Positions 25,907 to 39,597 of a DNA stretch of 64,000 nucleotides are shown piece after piece. This DNA is from Octopus bimaculoides (taxonomy: Eukaryota). Position numbers and translations under genes: made by a program. The first letter of the stretch is position 1. Every line of letters starts with the position of its first letter. A model generated the notes under the pieces. That model made no database searches, had not been told where the DNA came from, and saw only the letters and a list, made by a program, of their open reading frames with translations. Location of the stretch: positions 13,085,985 to 13,149,984 of the forward strand of contig NC_068988.1 of assembly GCF_001194135.2 (NCBI RefSeq). Direction: 5' to 3'.

Positions 25907-26634
25907 GTGTATCACTGATATTTGCATCTACCATGTCTATTGGCATATAATAGACAGGTTTTCCTGGATTTTTAAACCTAAATATTAGAGGTACATGTTA
26001 TACACATTACCCATTTTCACTTAATGCATCACTAACATTTGAGATGACATGGTAGAAGTTAATTAGTTGTATCTATTGTCCAAGCTAAATGATATTCAGT
26101 GAAAATTTAATCACTATATTTTTTGGTATTAGTGATTAACTATTTAAATGTTTGTCACTACAGTCAGATGCACATCCAAGGGAATTGCTGTTATTTAACT
26201 TCAATGCAGGAGGCCATAATGTAATGATTCTATTATTGAAAATACTATTTGAATTGTTTAATTTGAAGTTTAAATTAATAAATAACCAGTAAGAATAATA
26301 TCAAAATGCAAATATAAACTGAAAAAGAAATACTTTTCTACTTGAAATACTCTATAATAATGAATTGTTGCTTTGGAAAAAAACTTAAGTACTTGATAAT
26401 AAAATTTTTTACACAAAAATATTTATGTTCTGCATTTATTATGTTTTATGTATCCTTCCATATTAGTGGATACATAAAACAGTCTACAGCAGTAAAGTTC
26501 AAAGTTCACTTGAATTTGCCTATTGCTTTGAGGATATGTGAATGTTTCAATGTCTTCTTATACAGAAATTATAATAAATCTGGCTAAATACTGCCATTTC
26601 TTTATATCGTAATATTAAAAAAAGAAGTGCACCT

Positions 26635-26977
26635 TAGGTGCAGGAGTGACTGTGTGGTTAAGAAGCTTGCTTCCCAACAATGTTCTCTTTGGTTCAGTCT
26701 ACTGTGTGGCTCTTTGGGGAAATGTCTTGTACTAGAGTGGATTTGGTAGATGGTGTATATGTGTGTGTGTGAGTGTGTGTGTCTCCTCCTCATCATTGCT
26801 TGACAATTGGTGTTGGTTTGTTTACATCCCATAATGTAGTGGTTTTGCAAAAGAGACCAATAAGAATAAGTACCAGACTTTAAAAAATGTAATTAAGTAC
26901 TGGGATTGATTTGTTTAACGAAACCCTTCAAGATGGTATTATTGCAGGCCAGTGATTGAAACAAGTAAAAAATAAGA
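26635..26977 (+). mobile_element. SINE family A
   Basis: ggtgcaggagtgactgtgtggttaagaag...gaaacaagtaaaa. Confidence 0.85.
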
Positions 26978-27433
26978 TTACATGAGAAATATTGAATGGG
27001 GGAAGATTTTGTAGCTCATATAGTTAGTGAATACATTATACTCAGTTGCGTATAACCTGGTGTAAAACTCAATGTATATATACTTCTGAATGAAGTACAG
27101 AGCAGTGATGAGAAAAGAGATGACAGAAGACTAACCACTTATCTTATGAACTTCATTAACTTAATGCTGTTTCCACTATAAGATGTGATGGACTCATAGT
27201 TAAGTGCCTGAATAACACCTCAGTTTCATCAGAGCCTCAAACATGCTTTTGTCATCTCTTTTTTTATTAAATGGTACTGAAAAAAATAACTCTGAATTGT
27301 TTTATATGACTCATATGTCAGATTCACAAGTTAAATTATTCAGATTGCAAGGATGATGATTTTCAATTTGCATAATGGATAACATGTAGTTTGATTTTGA
27401 TGTTGGGAGTTGTTGATTTTACAAATAAATAGT

Positions 27434-27480
<47 letters not shown>

Positions 27481-27682
27481 ACGTGTGCGTGCGTGCGTGC
27501 ATTGGTTTGGATGACAGAATGGGTGTGATGAACAAAAATACTTTTAATTTAATTTTGATTATCTCCCTTTATGCCCATTATGGCTGTCATCCAATGACTG
27601 AAACTTGTAGAAGAATATAATCATGTTATGTATCACATACGTGAATATTTAAGACAGGAGTTCACTATCTTATCAATTCAGT

Positions 27683-28590
27683 CATCATCATCATCATCAT
27701 CGTTTAACGTCCGCTTTCCATGCTAGCATGGGTTGGACGATTTGACTGAGGACTGGTGAAACCGGATGGCAACACCAGGCTCCAGTCTGATTTGGCAGAG
27801 TTTCTACAGCTGGATGCCCTTCCTAATGCCAACCACTCAGAGAGTGTAGTGGGTGCTTTTACGTATCACCCGCACGAAAACGGCCACGCTCGAAATGGTG
27901 TCTTTTNNNNNNNNNNNNNNNNNNNNNNNNNNNNNNNNNNNNNNNNNNNNNNNNNNNNNNNNNNNNNNNNNNNNNNNNNNNNNNNNNNNNNNNNNNNNNN
28001 NNNNNNNNNNNNNNNNNNNNNNNNNNNNNNNNNNNNNNNNNNNNNNNNNNNNNNNNNNNNNNNNNNNNNNNNNNNNNNNNNNNNNNNNNNNNNNNNNNNN
28101 NNNNNNNNNNNNNNNNNNNNNNNNNNNNNNNNNNNNNNNNNNNNNNNNNNNNNNNNNNNNNNNNNNNNNNNNNNNNNNNNNNNNNNNNNNNNNNNNNNNN
28201 NNNNNNNNNNNNNNNNNNNNNNNNNNNNNNNNNNNNNNNNNNNNNNNNNNNNNNNNNNNNNNNNNNNNTCCTCCTCCATTCTCACCACATGTCCATACCA
28301 GCGCAATCGTCTCTCTTGCACACCACAACTGATGCTTCTAATGTTCAGCTTTTCTCTCAAGATACTTACACTCTGACGGGTATTCACATTGACATTACAC
28401 ATCCAACGGAGCATACTGGCTTCATTCCTTGCGAGCTTACGTATGTCCTCAGCAGTTACAGCCCATGTTTCACTGCCATGTAGCATGGTTGTTCGTACGC
28501 ATGCGTCATACAGTCTGCCTTTTACTCTGAGTGAGAGTCCCTTTGTCGCCAGCAGGTGTAAGAGCTCTCTAAACTTTGCCCAGGCTATTC
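27683..28590 (-). mobile_element. Young 5'-truncated RTE LINE: RT C-terminus, gap, 3' UTR, (GAT)n tail
   Basis: RIAWAKFRELLHLLATKGLSLRVKGRLYDACVRTTMLHGSETWAV...RLRWYGHVVRME is uninterrupted; tail is nearly identical to 63794-64000. Confidence 0.92.
27907..28268. other. Assembly gap (362 N)
   Basis: N run. Confidence 1.
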
Positions 28591-29682
28591 TTGTATCTAT
28601 AAAATATGTAGAGTAATGATTGGAATAGAAAATGGTAGCCAAGTTGCTTATTTAGTTTTCTAAGATCTTACAACAGAAGAAACTTATAATCTTGAAATAA
28701 ATAACGAAATAAAAATTCACCTTGCAGACAATAGTTAATGGTAGATAACTGACAACAAATAAGTGTAAGTCAGCCAGTCGGAAAATTGTGATAATAATAG
28801 AAATATTCATGTCTGGGAAGATTTGAGAGGTTAAGCTTTTCTAAGCTGATCACTATAGCTAATTAACAATCATACATTGAGAACTAGAAATTAATTCCTT
28901 TACATTGACTGATAACTATAAATGTCGAGTTACCATAGCATTTTAATTATAAAATAATTCATAATTAAAATAATAATAAAAAGTGAAAACCAAGCTTGTA
29001 ACTTGTGACAGATTTCTGAATTGAAGAGAGGATAATTAAGGAAGTTTAAAACCTGTCAGTTCTAATTATTATTTATTGTCAATTTGGGAAACTCATTAGC
29101 ATATATGATAAAGAGACAGATTAGTAATAGTTGGCTTCATGTATTTCAGTTCCTATCTTGCTAGAATTTCATTCCTCAAATGCCAGTAAAATCATTGTAG
29201 TTGGCTATATCCATCTCAATTACAGTACTAAGGTCCTTATGTCTGACATAGAAATAAATAGTTAAATTTTTTCCTATGAAAATATTAATATAGTGTATTC
29301 AAATATAACTAAGCTTAAGAAATTAGATTTATGCTTCAATCAAAGCTGTTTAACTGTTGTTTGGACAGTTTACGGTGCCATACAAACAAGTGATCTATAA
29401 CTCTGCATGACTCAAACTATTATCTTGTACTTGTTTTGTTTTTTTTTCTCTTTCTGCTCTTTATTGGCTTCTTAGATTTAAAAGCTTAATCACTTATAAT
29501 TCCAAGCTGTAGGAAGATTATTATGAAGTGTAATTGGTCTTACTTGAAGAAAAACAAATTTCTTGTTTTGAATTAAATTTCACTGTGAGTGAATAAATAA
29601 GTGTTTTGTCCACAATTATGGGTTGCCTAAGATAAACAGTAAGAACATCTTAAGCTTCCTCTGGTATTCAGGTATCCTGACA

Positions 29683-29910
29683 TTAACTCTTTAGTGTTCA
29701 GTTTATTCTGTTAAATTTATTCCTTATCTATTCACATTGTTTTGAATTACTCGTGCATTATCTCATAGCTTTAAGATTTTGATGATATGATTGTATATTT
29801 TTAGAATGATAATGTAGGGTAAGTGTGAGAGGCCAGATCTGACTTGTTTGAACATTAAGCATGTAGAATATTTTGGCTGGATATGGCTGGTTTAAATGCT
29901 AAAGGGTTAA
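29683..29910. mobile_element. piggyBac-type (TTAA) MITE
   Basis: TTAA-CTCTTTAG...CTAAAGGG-TTAA; one end matches 51675-51786 in reverse. Confidence 0.7.
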
Positions 29911-30362
29911 CGTAAAACAACCACTCTTTTCTTTCTCTGAGCATCTTATTAATACTTTACATGTGCTACATCTGCATGTTGTTTTTTTCCTTGTCTTTTC
30001 TCCATTTTTTAAATTAATTATATATATATATATATATGTATATATGTGTATATATACGTGTGTGTGTGTGTGTAGTAATTCTTTGAATGTATTAATTCTT
30101 TGTTTCCTCGCCAACTGTTTTTCTCTGTTATCTTGCTATTGTATGGTGGTTTAATTAAGACTTTAGTTCTTATTTCTAGCAAGTGTATACTTTTAAGCAT
30201 CCTAATGCTTCTTGCAAATTTGTAATTTATAGCTAAATAATGCTATTTGCCTGTGGACCACCTATGATACTGCTGTTGATACCATCAATGTCAATTTTAA
30301 ATCTTATCCACAGATGAAATTAACAGTAGTGACATCTAATTTCAAATCTTAGTGTTTGAATG

Positions 30363-30423
<61 letters not shown>

Positions 30424-30426
<3 letters not shown>

Positions 30427-30795
30427 GGGGCACCCTAAAGTAACTGGAAACATTCTCTGTGGGACAAACCCATTGTAATTCAGGCTTCTGCCACTAGAAG
30501 CCACTTGATGTGACCCTCAGGCATCAGTCTGCTGACTGACGGCATTGGGTGAAGTCATGCTGGTGTGTTTCTGTTCATCGATTTTTGCGATGACTGTAAC
30601 AAAGGAACAGTGTGCTTCCATAAAATTCTGTTTGCAAGAGTTCCAGGACTGCTTCGAACAATGGAAAACACATCTGGACTGATGCATTGCTTCAAATAGA
30701 GAATACTTTGAAGGCAATAAAAGTGTAAACACGTAAAACTAAGTGCATAAAATAACATTGGAAAATTCCGGTTTCTTTTGGGTACCTCACCTCAT
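30424..30795 (+). mobile_element. Internally deleted mariner (MITE-like)
   Basis: TIRs ggggcaccctaaagtaactggaa and ttccggtttcttttgggtacc; N-terminal VTKEQCASIKFC fused to C-terminal QDCFEQWK..CIASNREYFEG. Confidence 0.85.
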
Positions 30796-30797
30796 AA

Positions 30798-30799
<2 letters not shown>

Positions 30800-30834
<35 letters not shown>

Positions 30835-31020
30835 GTGTCTGTGTTTGTCTTCCACCACTGCTTGACAGCCAACGTTGGTTTGTTTACATCTCCATAGCTT
30901 AGTGGTTTGGCAAAAAAGACCTTAGAAAAATAAGTACTAGGGTTGATTCATTTAACTAAAATTCTTCAAGGCTGTGGCCCAGCACGGCCACAGACGAATG
31001 ACTGAAAGAAGTAAAAGACA
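30800..31020 (+). mobile_element. SINE family A, 3' half
   Basis: ccaccactgcttgacagcc...gaatgactgaaagaagtaaaaga. Confidence 0.8.
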
Positions 31021-31427
31021 AAGGAAGATCCCTTTAGCATGCATTAGACAGTTCTGCAAATTTGTATATTAGCATTTGAATTGTTATGATAGTTGTTTTT
31101 TCAATGGATCCCACAGTGAAATATCGTTTTATGAGCTGGATTTGCAATTTTATGCCAGTTATCCAATACCTTAACCACATCGCCTTTGTATTTTAAAAAG
31201 CTCTGCTGCTGAATTGAAGAAATTATTTAGTATTGATTTTCAGTTATTAATTGTGTTTTTCACTGATTAAGCACATTGTTTTGATGTGTCTGGTTTTCAG
31301 TGAGTTCAGTGAATGAAAGAGACCATGATGAGGAAGCATTTCCATTAAACATTTTTAGTGTGTGTGAGATAGCATACATTGACTGGATTTGTAATTCTAA
31401 TAATTTTTGTGCAGTTCATGATCAGAG

Positions 31428-31550
31428 GTGCAAGCATGGCTCTGTGGTTAAAAAGCTTGCTTTCCAATTGCTAGATCTGGGTTTGATTCCACTGTGTGGT
31501 GTGGTGCTTTGGACAAGTGTCTTATACTGTAGCCTCAGGCTGACCAATAC
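31428..31550 (+). mobile_element. SINE family A, 5' head
   Basis: ggtgcaagcatggctctgtggttaaaaagc. Confidence 0.75.
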
Positions 31551-33009
31551 ATATTAGATAATAATACATGGAAATAAGAACTATGAAAGTTGTTTTTAAA
31601 AGAGGCAGGGCAGTGTTAAGTTTGTGTTAGCATTTTATGTAGAAGTTTATTTCAGGGTGTGTAAAAAAACAATACTTGTCAATTGCTGATAGTATGTTGG
31701 TTCTTTAGTCACCCCAGGATGTATGGGAGACTACTCTGGACATGTTTTGTTTTTATCATGACCTTTTCCATGAAGCAAAGACTTTACCATACTTAAGTGA
31801 TTCTTTCAGCACTACTTCACCTATTATAATGAAGTCTATGCTTTGCTGATGAGGTCATGATCATACCAAAATATGCATGGCATTATGTCTCTCATGAGTT
31901 GAAAGATTTAAAATAATATTAGTCATTGGTTAATATTGTTTCTCTCTACATTTAGCTTGGTAATAATAATAATAATAATAGTATTGTTTTTTTCTCTTCT
32001 ACTTAGTTTTATAATACTCCTTGCGTTAAGTATGTTAATGAGTTTTGTTTTGCATGTGAGTGTCATTGAAATTTTCATGTCTATGTAAAGTTAAGTTTGT
32101 TAAATTTCCCTCAGGTAAACTTGATAAACATGATTGTTTCAAACTGGAATCAATAAAATCAGGAAACCCATTTTGAATATGAATATGGCAGTCTTTTGAA
32201 CTACTTTCAGTTGTGCAATAGTAACTTATTGGCTGAAAGTTAAATACTTCTGATGTGTTATTGTTTACTGCTTATCTTTCCACTAAATATATTTTCTTAT
32301 CATCATCTATTGCAAAAAATAAATGTAGATATCTTTATTCTGTTAGTCAATAAACACAAAATGGTTTTGTGACTTGTTTCATTCATTGCAAAATAAATCA
32401 ATTTTTTAAAAATATTGTGTAATGTATCTGTACATTATGATTATATTTACTTTATCTATTGTATAAAAACGAAAAGAGGCTTATAACCCTTTCATAACTA
32501 TTATAACCTTAGCTCCAAATGAATCTCTATTAAATTCATCTAATGAATTATGTAAAAGCTGTGTCTGATTTTCTTTTGTCACTTGCAGTGACAACAAATA
32601 AACTGGAAAAAAAAAAGAAAAAGAAAAAAGAAATAAATACAAATTCATTATTTGCAAAGATCTCATTTCTAATGTCTCTGTCAGCCATATATTTTTAAAA
32701 AGGTTTAATGTGAATTAATTGTTAAATATATTTTTGAAGTGTGAATGTTTTATAATACATAAATAACTTTTGTTTCTTGGTTTATCTGACATGAGTCTAT
32801 CATCATGGTTGTTTTTGTTTTTTCTTTGTTTCGTTTGTCTATATTTCTTTATAGGAATTTATATTAAATTTCATGATCTTTTCTTCCTTAATGAATTTCA
32901 AGTCATACTCTTAATAGTAGTTATTTTTATAACCCATTGCTTGTTTTTCATAACTCATTACTTGACTAAACTCCAGGCTACAGCTAGCTATTTCACCTGT
33001 TATTGAATT

Positions 33010-33230
33010 CTTTACTCTTTTATTCATTTCAGTCATTTGACTGTGGCCATGCTGGAGCACCGCCTTTAGTCGAGCAAATCGACCCCAGGACTTATTCTTT
33101 GTAAGCCTATTACTTATTCTATCGGTCTCTTTTTGCCGAACCGCTAAGTTATGGGGACGTAAACACATCACCATCGGTTGTCAAGCGATGTTGGAGGGTC
33201 AAACACAGACACACAAACATATACACGCAC

Positions 33231-33269
<39 letters not shown>

Positions 33270-33412
33270 CGACGAGCTACTTTCAGTTTCAAGGCTTTGG
33301 TCGGCCTGAGGCTATAGTAGAAGACACTTGCCCAAGGTGCCATGCAGTGGGACTGAACCCGGAACCATGTGGTTGGTAAGCGGGCTACTTACCACACAGC
33401 CACTCCTATGCC
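33010..33412 (-). mobile_element. SINE family A, young
   Basis: Near-consensus with many CpGs intact. Confidence 0.92.
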
Positions 33413-33694
33413 TATGTTACCAATTTAAATTTTAAAACTTTTATTTTTAAAATTGTTGCTATTTAGCCCCAACTCAGCCCTGATCAAACAGATCTATGAT
33501 GATAGATTATTCAAACAGTGACTGTTTCATATTCTGAGGTGATGTACCTAGAACTACATTATACAATGTGTCCTTTGTTTTTGTAGATGGAAAACATGTC
33601 GTTTGTGGGGAGATTGGTTGCTATTTCTAATAAGTCAAGGCAACTGTGTGAAAGTGAATAAGTGTTTTTAAAAATGTTAATTCATTTTTACAGT

Positions 33695-34100
33695 GATGGC
33701 CATATGGTAAGAAGTGCTCCCTAACCGCACAGTTCTAGATTTAGTCCCACTGCACAGCACTTTGGGTAAATGTCTTCTATTACAGCCTTGGGCTGACCAA
33801 CGCCCTGCGAGTGGATTTGCTAGACGGAAACTGGAAAAAAACTCATCTCTCACTCTCACTCTCTCTCTCTCACCCCCCCCCACACACACACACACATGTG
33901 TATGCCTTTATGCTTATGTTTGTCCTCCACCACTCCTGACTATCAATGTTAGTTTATGTCCTCATAATTTTTACAGTTTGGAAAAAGAGACTGATAGAAT
34001 AAGTACGAGGCTTAAAAGTATAAGTACCGGGGTTGATTTGTTCAACTAAACTCTTGAAGGCATTGCCACTGCCTGGCTACAGTCCAATGACTGAATCAAG
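33695..34100 (+). mobile_element. SINE family A
   Basis: Head, (CT)/(CA) spacer and 3' module. Confidence 0.85.
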
Positions 34101-35774
34101 TATGAGATAGAACATATTTTCTGTTCAGTTCTATTCACCAATTAGAGGAAAAGATAAAGTTTTCTATATTTTACACATCAAAAGATAATAAACAGAGAAT
34201 TTCATTATTTAGCTCAGAGCAGAAGTGCCTAAATTAAATGAGAATGGTACCAGTAAAAATAGAATCACTTCTTGAAATAAATTATAAGAAGAAACCTGGA
34301 GCTATCTTGTTTTTGTTACATTAAATTGGAAATTTATTCATGTTAATATTGTAAATTTTAGTTAACATTAAAAAACAGCCAAAATGTGAGCATATAATAT
34401 TGATTATATGAAAGAATATGATTAAAAAGTGCAACAATTATCATTTTCTCTCCATTCACAGTGAAAATAAGATTATGAATAAATAGAATTAAATACCAGC
34501 TAAAATTTAAAAAGAAAAAATATGCTGTCATCAAATACATGGTAAATTGTCCTATATAGGCGGGTAAAGCTTAAAAATATGAAATACATTTTTATGAAAA
34601 ATATTGGCAATATATATTTGGAAGCCATAATTGTATTTTTCTGTCCTATTTCAATTATACCAATGAAATATATTGAGTGTACCACTTAAACAACTATAAT
34701 AACTATATTAATTTTCGACAATGTTTCCACTTGGATCTTTTTTTTTTAACAATTAATATTTGAAAATTAATCATATAGTTGCTGAAAGCGTTTTAATTAA
34801 AAAAGTCTCAAGAAATATCATACTGAAGATGTAAAATATCTCTCAAATATTGATTGCTTTAATAAAAAATAACCCCAAATCACACGTTACAAAGCTACCT
34901 TATAAATTAGAGATGATGCTGACTTTGGTCTACACAAATTTATCGTATAATTGTTTCTTTTAGCAGAATTTTGTTTTCATTCATGAAAATTTATTAGGAA
35001 TGAATTTTCATATACCTATGATATATTTGACTTTTTGTCAAATCTTCATTCTAGCCACACAATGTAAACCACATCTTGCTAAGATGGTTTGCACAAACCT
35101 TAGAGAATCCTAGTGGTGCTCCTGCTGATAAAGCTATTATATTTGATACCTGATTTGCTTCCAGCTTCATACTGCACTTACACAAAACTCCTCATAAATT
35201 ATTCCTTTTGAAGTTATAGCAATAGATCTATTATCACCATTATATATTTCTGTCTTTTTTTAAAGTTCAGAAAAGCTTGGAAACTGGTAAAAATCTCTTC
35301 ATCTCAAGTTATGTCTGAATAGAATAATATTTCAAACAAATGCACATAAAATTCAGTTTATTTCCATGTAGCTGAAAATTAATTTAATTAAACTTCAAGT
35401 TTACTCATTTGAAAATATCTTTGTTTTCAAAGAATTGAAAACTGTCCTCAGAAAGACAATGAAAATGACTTGGACAGGTGCCCTTTGACAATCAGTGAAC
35501 TTCAATGTAAAACTGCAAGCAATTAAATTCTTCATTGTCCAAATAATCTGTCATTGAGAGAATTTCTTCTAATTTTGGTAATTGCTCTACTGACTTATTG
35601 CAACGAGTGTTGTAAATGATCACCAATATTTTCTGCAACTAAACGTTGTTGAAGTTTCGTGCTTTGTTAATGTATCTGGCACTGACATTTTCATTGCATA
35701 ATGAATTCACGGTGGCAGCCACCACCAATGGATTTCCATCAGTTACAGTTATCATTATGTATGTAAAAGGAATG

Positions 35775-36110
35775 GTGCAGACATGACTGTGTGGTAAAGA
35801 AGTTTTGTTTTCCAACCACATGTTTTTGGGTTCAGTCCCACTGTGTAGTACATTGGGCAAGTATCATTCAAAGCCTTGTAAATGGATTTGGTAGGCAGAA
35901 ACTGAAAGAAGCTTGTTGTATATATATATGTGTGTGTGTATGTGTACTTGGTGGTTGGGTATTGGTCTACTTGTCTTTACATTGTGATGCAATTGTTGCA
36001 AATGAGCATCATTGTCATTCAAGCAGTATCCTTCATTTCCAATCTTCTGTGAAGCCATGGGGGAAATATTGCTTTGCTTAGAAACAAGTGAAAGCTGGTT
36101 GTATCCAGGG
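35775..36110 (+). mobile_element. SINE family A head with an RTE-type tail module
   Basis: Head followed by ttccaatcttctgtgaagccatgggg...gaaacaagtgaaagctggttg. Confidence 0.7.
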
Positions 36111-36957
36111 TCAGATTAAGACATATAGAGGCTCTAAGCACTAAAAAATATTTTGGTACCCCTCAGTATATATATGTCATTCAAAATATAAATAATAGTA
36201 AGCTATAGTATTCTTGCCCATCTCACTAACTTTTAACATCTAATGCCACCCTCCCACTCCTGTCCACATTTCTTCCTGTACTCCTCTTGAGTCTTCTAGA
36301 TCCCTAAAGGGATCATTAGCATCCTATTTTTGGAATCATTGATGTATATCAAAAAATATAAATAATTGTTCATTAAACATGGCAGATTTGACCTTTACTG
36401 AGTGGCTAGTGTTTCATTCAAATGTGCCCTGCAGCTTGTCAGTATAAGTGTAGAAAATTGGCAATAATCACTTTAATATAACACTGACTATAAGAACATT
36501 ATTATTATCATTATTAATGTATTCAACAAATAAAAACCCTTTTCTTGTGAACTACATAATGGTCGTAGCTCACTCACCAATGTAGTTTGAAAATTTATTG
36601 AATACCTATACTTCTATAGAAAAGAAATGAAAACTAACTTTGGTAATGCATTTTAAAAACTGTTCCAAATCTTTATCAATCAATATGTATATGGGGGTTT
36701 GAATATTTTTGTGGTGATGGCAAAGTGTGTTGGGGTGATAATGAAATGATTTCTTGTGTTTAGTTTTGTTCCTCAAGTTTGTAAGTTTAAATCATGTCAG
36801 GATTATCTTTTACTTCCATTCTTTTGAGGTTGATGAATTAGTGACAGCAATCAGTACACTGTTTGAGTCAATATCTTATACTTCTTAGTAAAAATCTCTT
36901 TTGTGCTTAGTCAAGATAAATAAGTTTTCTTCAACAATATAGTGGTAAATGGTATAG

Positions 36958-37375
36958 TTCATCATCATCATCATTGTCTTAACATTCACTTTTCCATACT
37001 TCAATGGGTCAGACAGAAATTGTTGAGGCAGATTCTTCTATTGCTGGATGCCCTTCCTGTCACCAACTTTCATGTGTTTCCAAGCAGTGTAATACTTTCG
37101 AAAGGCTGGATATGTTTTCATGGAAGATTACGAATAAAGGACACTGTTTATATGGTAGTAATGCAGGTTTATAACTATTGCATGATGTCAAAACAAAGTG
37201 GTGTGGACATACACATGCATACCACATGCTTCTTTTAGTTTCCACCTATCAAATCCACTCACAAAGCTTTGGTTGGCCTGGAGCCATAGTAGAAGACACT
37301 TGCTCAAAGTGCCACACAATGGGACTGAACTCAAAACCACATGGCTGGGAAGCAAAATTTTTGAACTGTGCATCC
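36958..37375 (-). mobile_element. SINE family A head with an RTE-type tail
   Basis: (cat)n tail and ctggatgcccttcctg motif joined to the family A head. Confidence 0.8.
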
Positions 37376-38029
37376 ATAGTGCAGATGTAAACATCTGCAA
37401 CATGGTTTTGATTGCTTCTTGTGACCATTTCCGTTCCCTTAGGTAACTAATTCTCTTGAGAAAGATATAAATGAATATTTTACCTGAAGTAGCTTTTTTG
37501 CTTTTGTGTAAGAGATAAATCAATAATCTTTATAAGCTGAGAAGATATTTTTAAGAAGATATTTTTAAAGTAAAATTCTTTGAGTAATGTAGTTTCTAAA
37601 TTAGGTGTTGACATTCTGAACTGTCTTATTTTAAGAGTTCTACAAATGGACCACTTCCATAACATGCAAAGGAAAAGTTTGGTTTTTTTCTTTTTGTTTT
37701 ACTAAGATTTGTAAAGCCTAGCTTTTAGTTGTGTGTACATATGCATATTTATAGGGAATATACTAAATCTATAATATATATAAATGTATATTTCTTATGA
37801 AATGCATTATGATGAATTAGACTCTGCAGAATATTAAGTCTTTGTCCTACTTCTGCTGCCTTTGCAAGTTAACCAAGGCACTGAACTAAAATAAAATAGC
37901 CTCATCTCCTACCTCACTGATATTTACAGCACCACTACAACCACCAAATGGTTCAGCAGACTTTTTCACAGAAGTGTATCATTCATTTTTATTTTTGCTC
38001 ATACATTCATGATTATATTCCCAGGTCTG

Positions 38030-38510
38030 TAATCTCCGTATTAGTCTGAACATCCTAAAGGTAGCTGTACTTTTCTCAAACATGAAGATGATTCTGCTGT
38101 ATGCATGTGAAACTGGGAAAAATGCAAAATTTTCCAACAAGCTCCATACATTTGTGAATAGATGTCTCGAACATCCTTTGGGTGAGATGACAAGACAGAT
38201 GCACAAGCAGCCTTGTGGGAACAGGCAAATGAGCAACCTATTGAAACCCAGAGCAAGAGGGAGAAATTGGGTTGGTTGGGACACACCCTAAAGAAACCTG
38301 TTTCCAACATTACAAGGCAAGTTCTGGACTCCCTGAGGGAGACAGAAGTATGGCAGACCAAAAACATGGAGAAGGTCCACAGAAACTGAAGCACTGGCAG
38401 GTAGTTACACTTGGGGACAACTGCAATCCCTTGCCAAAGATTGAGACAGGTGGATATCTCTTGTTGGTTTCCTCTGCTCACATGGAGTCAAAGGAATTAA
38501 AGAATGAATA
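38030..38510 (+). mobile_element. Decayed RTE-clade LINE 3' end
   Basis: MILLYACETGK...KLHTFVNRCL...WLGHTLKKPVSNITRQVL. Confidence 0.8.
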
Positions 38511-39077
38511 ATTAATTGTGATCATTTCTTAAGAATAAGAAAAATTGTTTAGATTAATATCATTAATGTTGAGTTTCAATTGCTCCATGTTATTGGTAAG
38601 AAAAAATAATAAACATTGGCAAAAAAATTCCAGAGAGAAATAAAATTCCAAGGAAGACAAATCAAGCAAAATGGTTAGTGGTTAATCTGAGGGTTGATGC
38701 ACAACAGAAAATGAAAAGGATAAGAGGTGGATGTGATCAGATTAAAGGTGATGTACACTCAATAAATACAGCATTGTTATAGCAGATGATGAAACAGTGC
38801 ATCAGTAAGCATGTAGTTGTTAAAGAAAAGTTTTGTCATGTGGATTGTCAAGTTTTGGATGTAGATGAGAAGGTGGCTCAACGTAAAAAGTATTTTCTGG
38901 TTTCAAAGATGAAAGTAACACTGTGATGTATTGTAGGTTATGGAAAATATTTATCCAAGTACCAAAACCTCATTGGTAATGGCTTTATATATAAACACAT
39001 ACTCATATCTATATGTATTTACTCTTGCTTTAAAAGTAGGCCCATGGGGCCCTTTTGGGCAACCTTCAGAGAAATAT

Positions 39078-39119
39078 CAAATTGACCAGTTTTATTATTT
39101 AATAACTCATCAGGATTTG
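39078..39119 (-). ncRNA. Decayed minimal type I hammerhead ribozyme motif
   Basis: CAAATC-CTGATGAG-TTAT TAA ATAA-TAAAAC-TG-GTC-AATTTG; the core deviations are CpG-type transitions from CGAAAC-CG-GTC. Confidence 0.55.
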
Positions 39120-39597
39120 TTTGTTCTTCATTCCCAAACTGTTGATAATAGATGAAAGCTACTTATTAGTATGCAAATTAGTGCCTAGGTGCTAACTCAT
39201 TTGCATAATAATGCTAGTGGCCAGACAGTAATTATATCAGAGCAGTAATACAGCATAGTTTATGAATAAATAAATATCCATACAAATTTAGTCATGCAAT
39301 CCACAATGTCGTAGTTATTGTCTAGACCTCAATTTGTACCATTTGTTATACAAATGAGTTTGTGTCTAGACATGTACTTGCTTACATTTTACTTGCTTCA
39401 GCTTCTATCAATGGTAATTTGGCAAGGAAAGGTGAATAATTCCTGGTGAATTGTCAAACATCACTGAAACCCAGGCCATCTGGTCAACTCAACTCAAGCT
39501 ACTGAAAAGTCTCTTGTGGCCTAATTTTACTGAGTCTAATTCTGTATGGATATAATTTTATATGTTTATTTATGGAAAACATGTTGTCATGAGAGAT

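Noticed and set aside
27756-28642. Longest ORFs in the track (159-258 aa)
   Set aside because: Inflated by 362 N; the real part is RTE reverse transcriptase
32481-32606. Strong minus-strand acceptor followed by YLLSLQVTKENQTQLLHNSLDEFNRDSFGAK
   Set aside because: Weak donor, no convincing partner exon, and the acceptor may just be an A-rich tract
34895-34945. ADFGL resembling a kinase DFG motif
   Set aside because: No other kinase subdomain nearby; consistent with chance
35420-35526. Plus-strand frame IENCPQKDNENDLDRCPLTISELQCKTASN*
   Set aside because: Short, no homology recognised and no linked exon
39023-39138. Minus-strand exon candidate FGNEEQTNPDELLNNKTGQFDISLKVAQKGPMGLLLKQ with a faint PDZ-like look
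   Set aside because: The same bases form a coherent hammerhead fossil and its putative upstream exon is LINE-derived; not fully excluded
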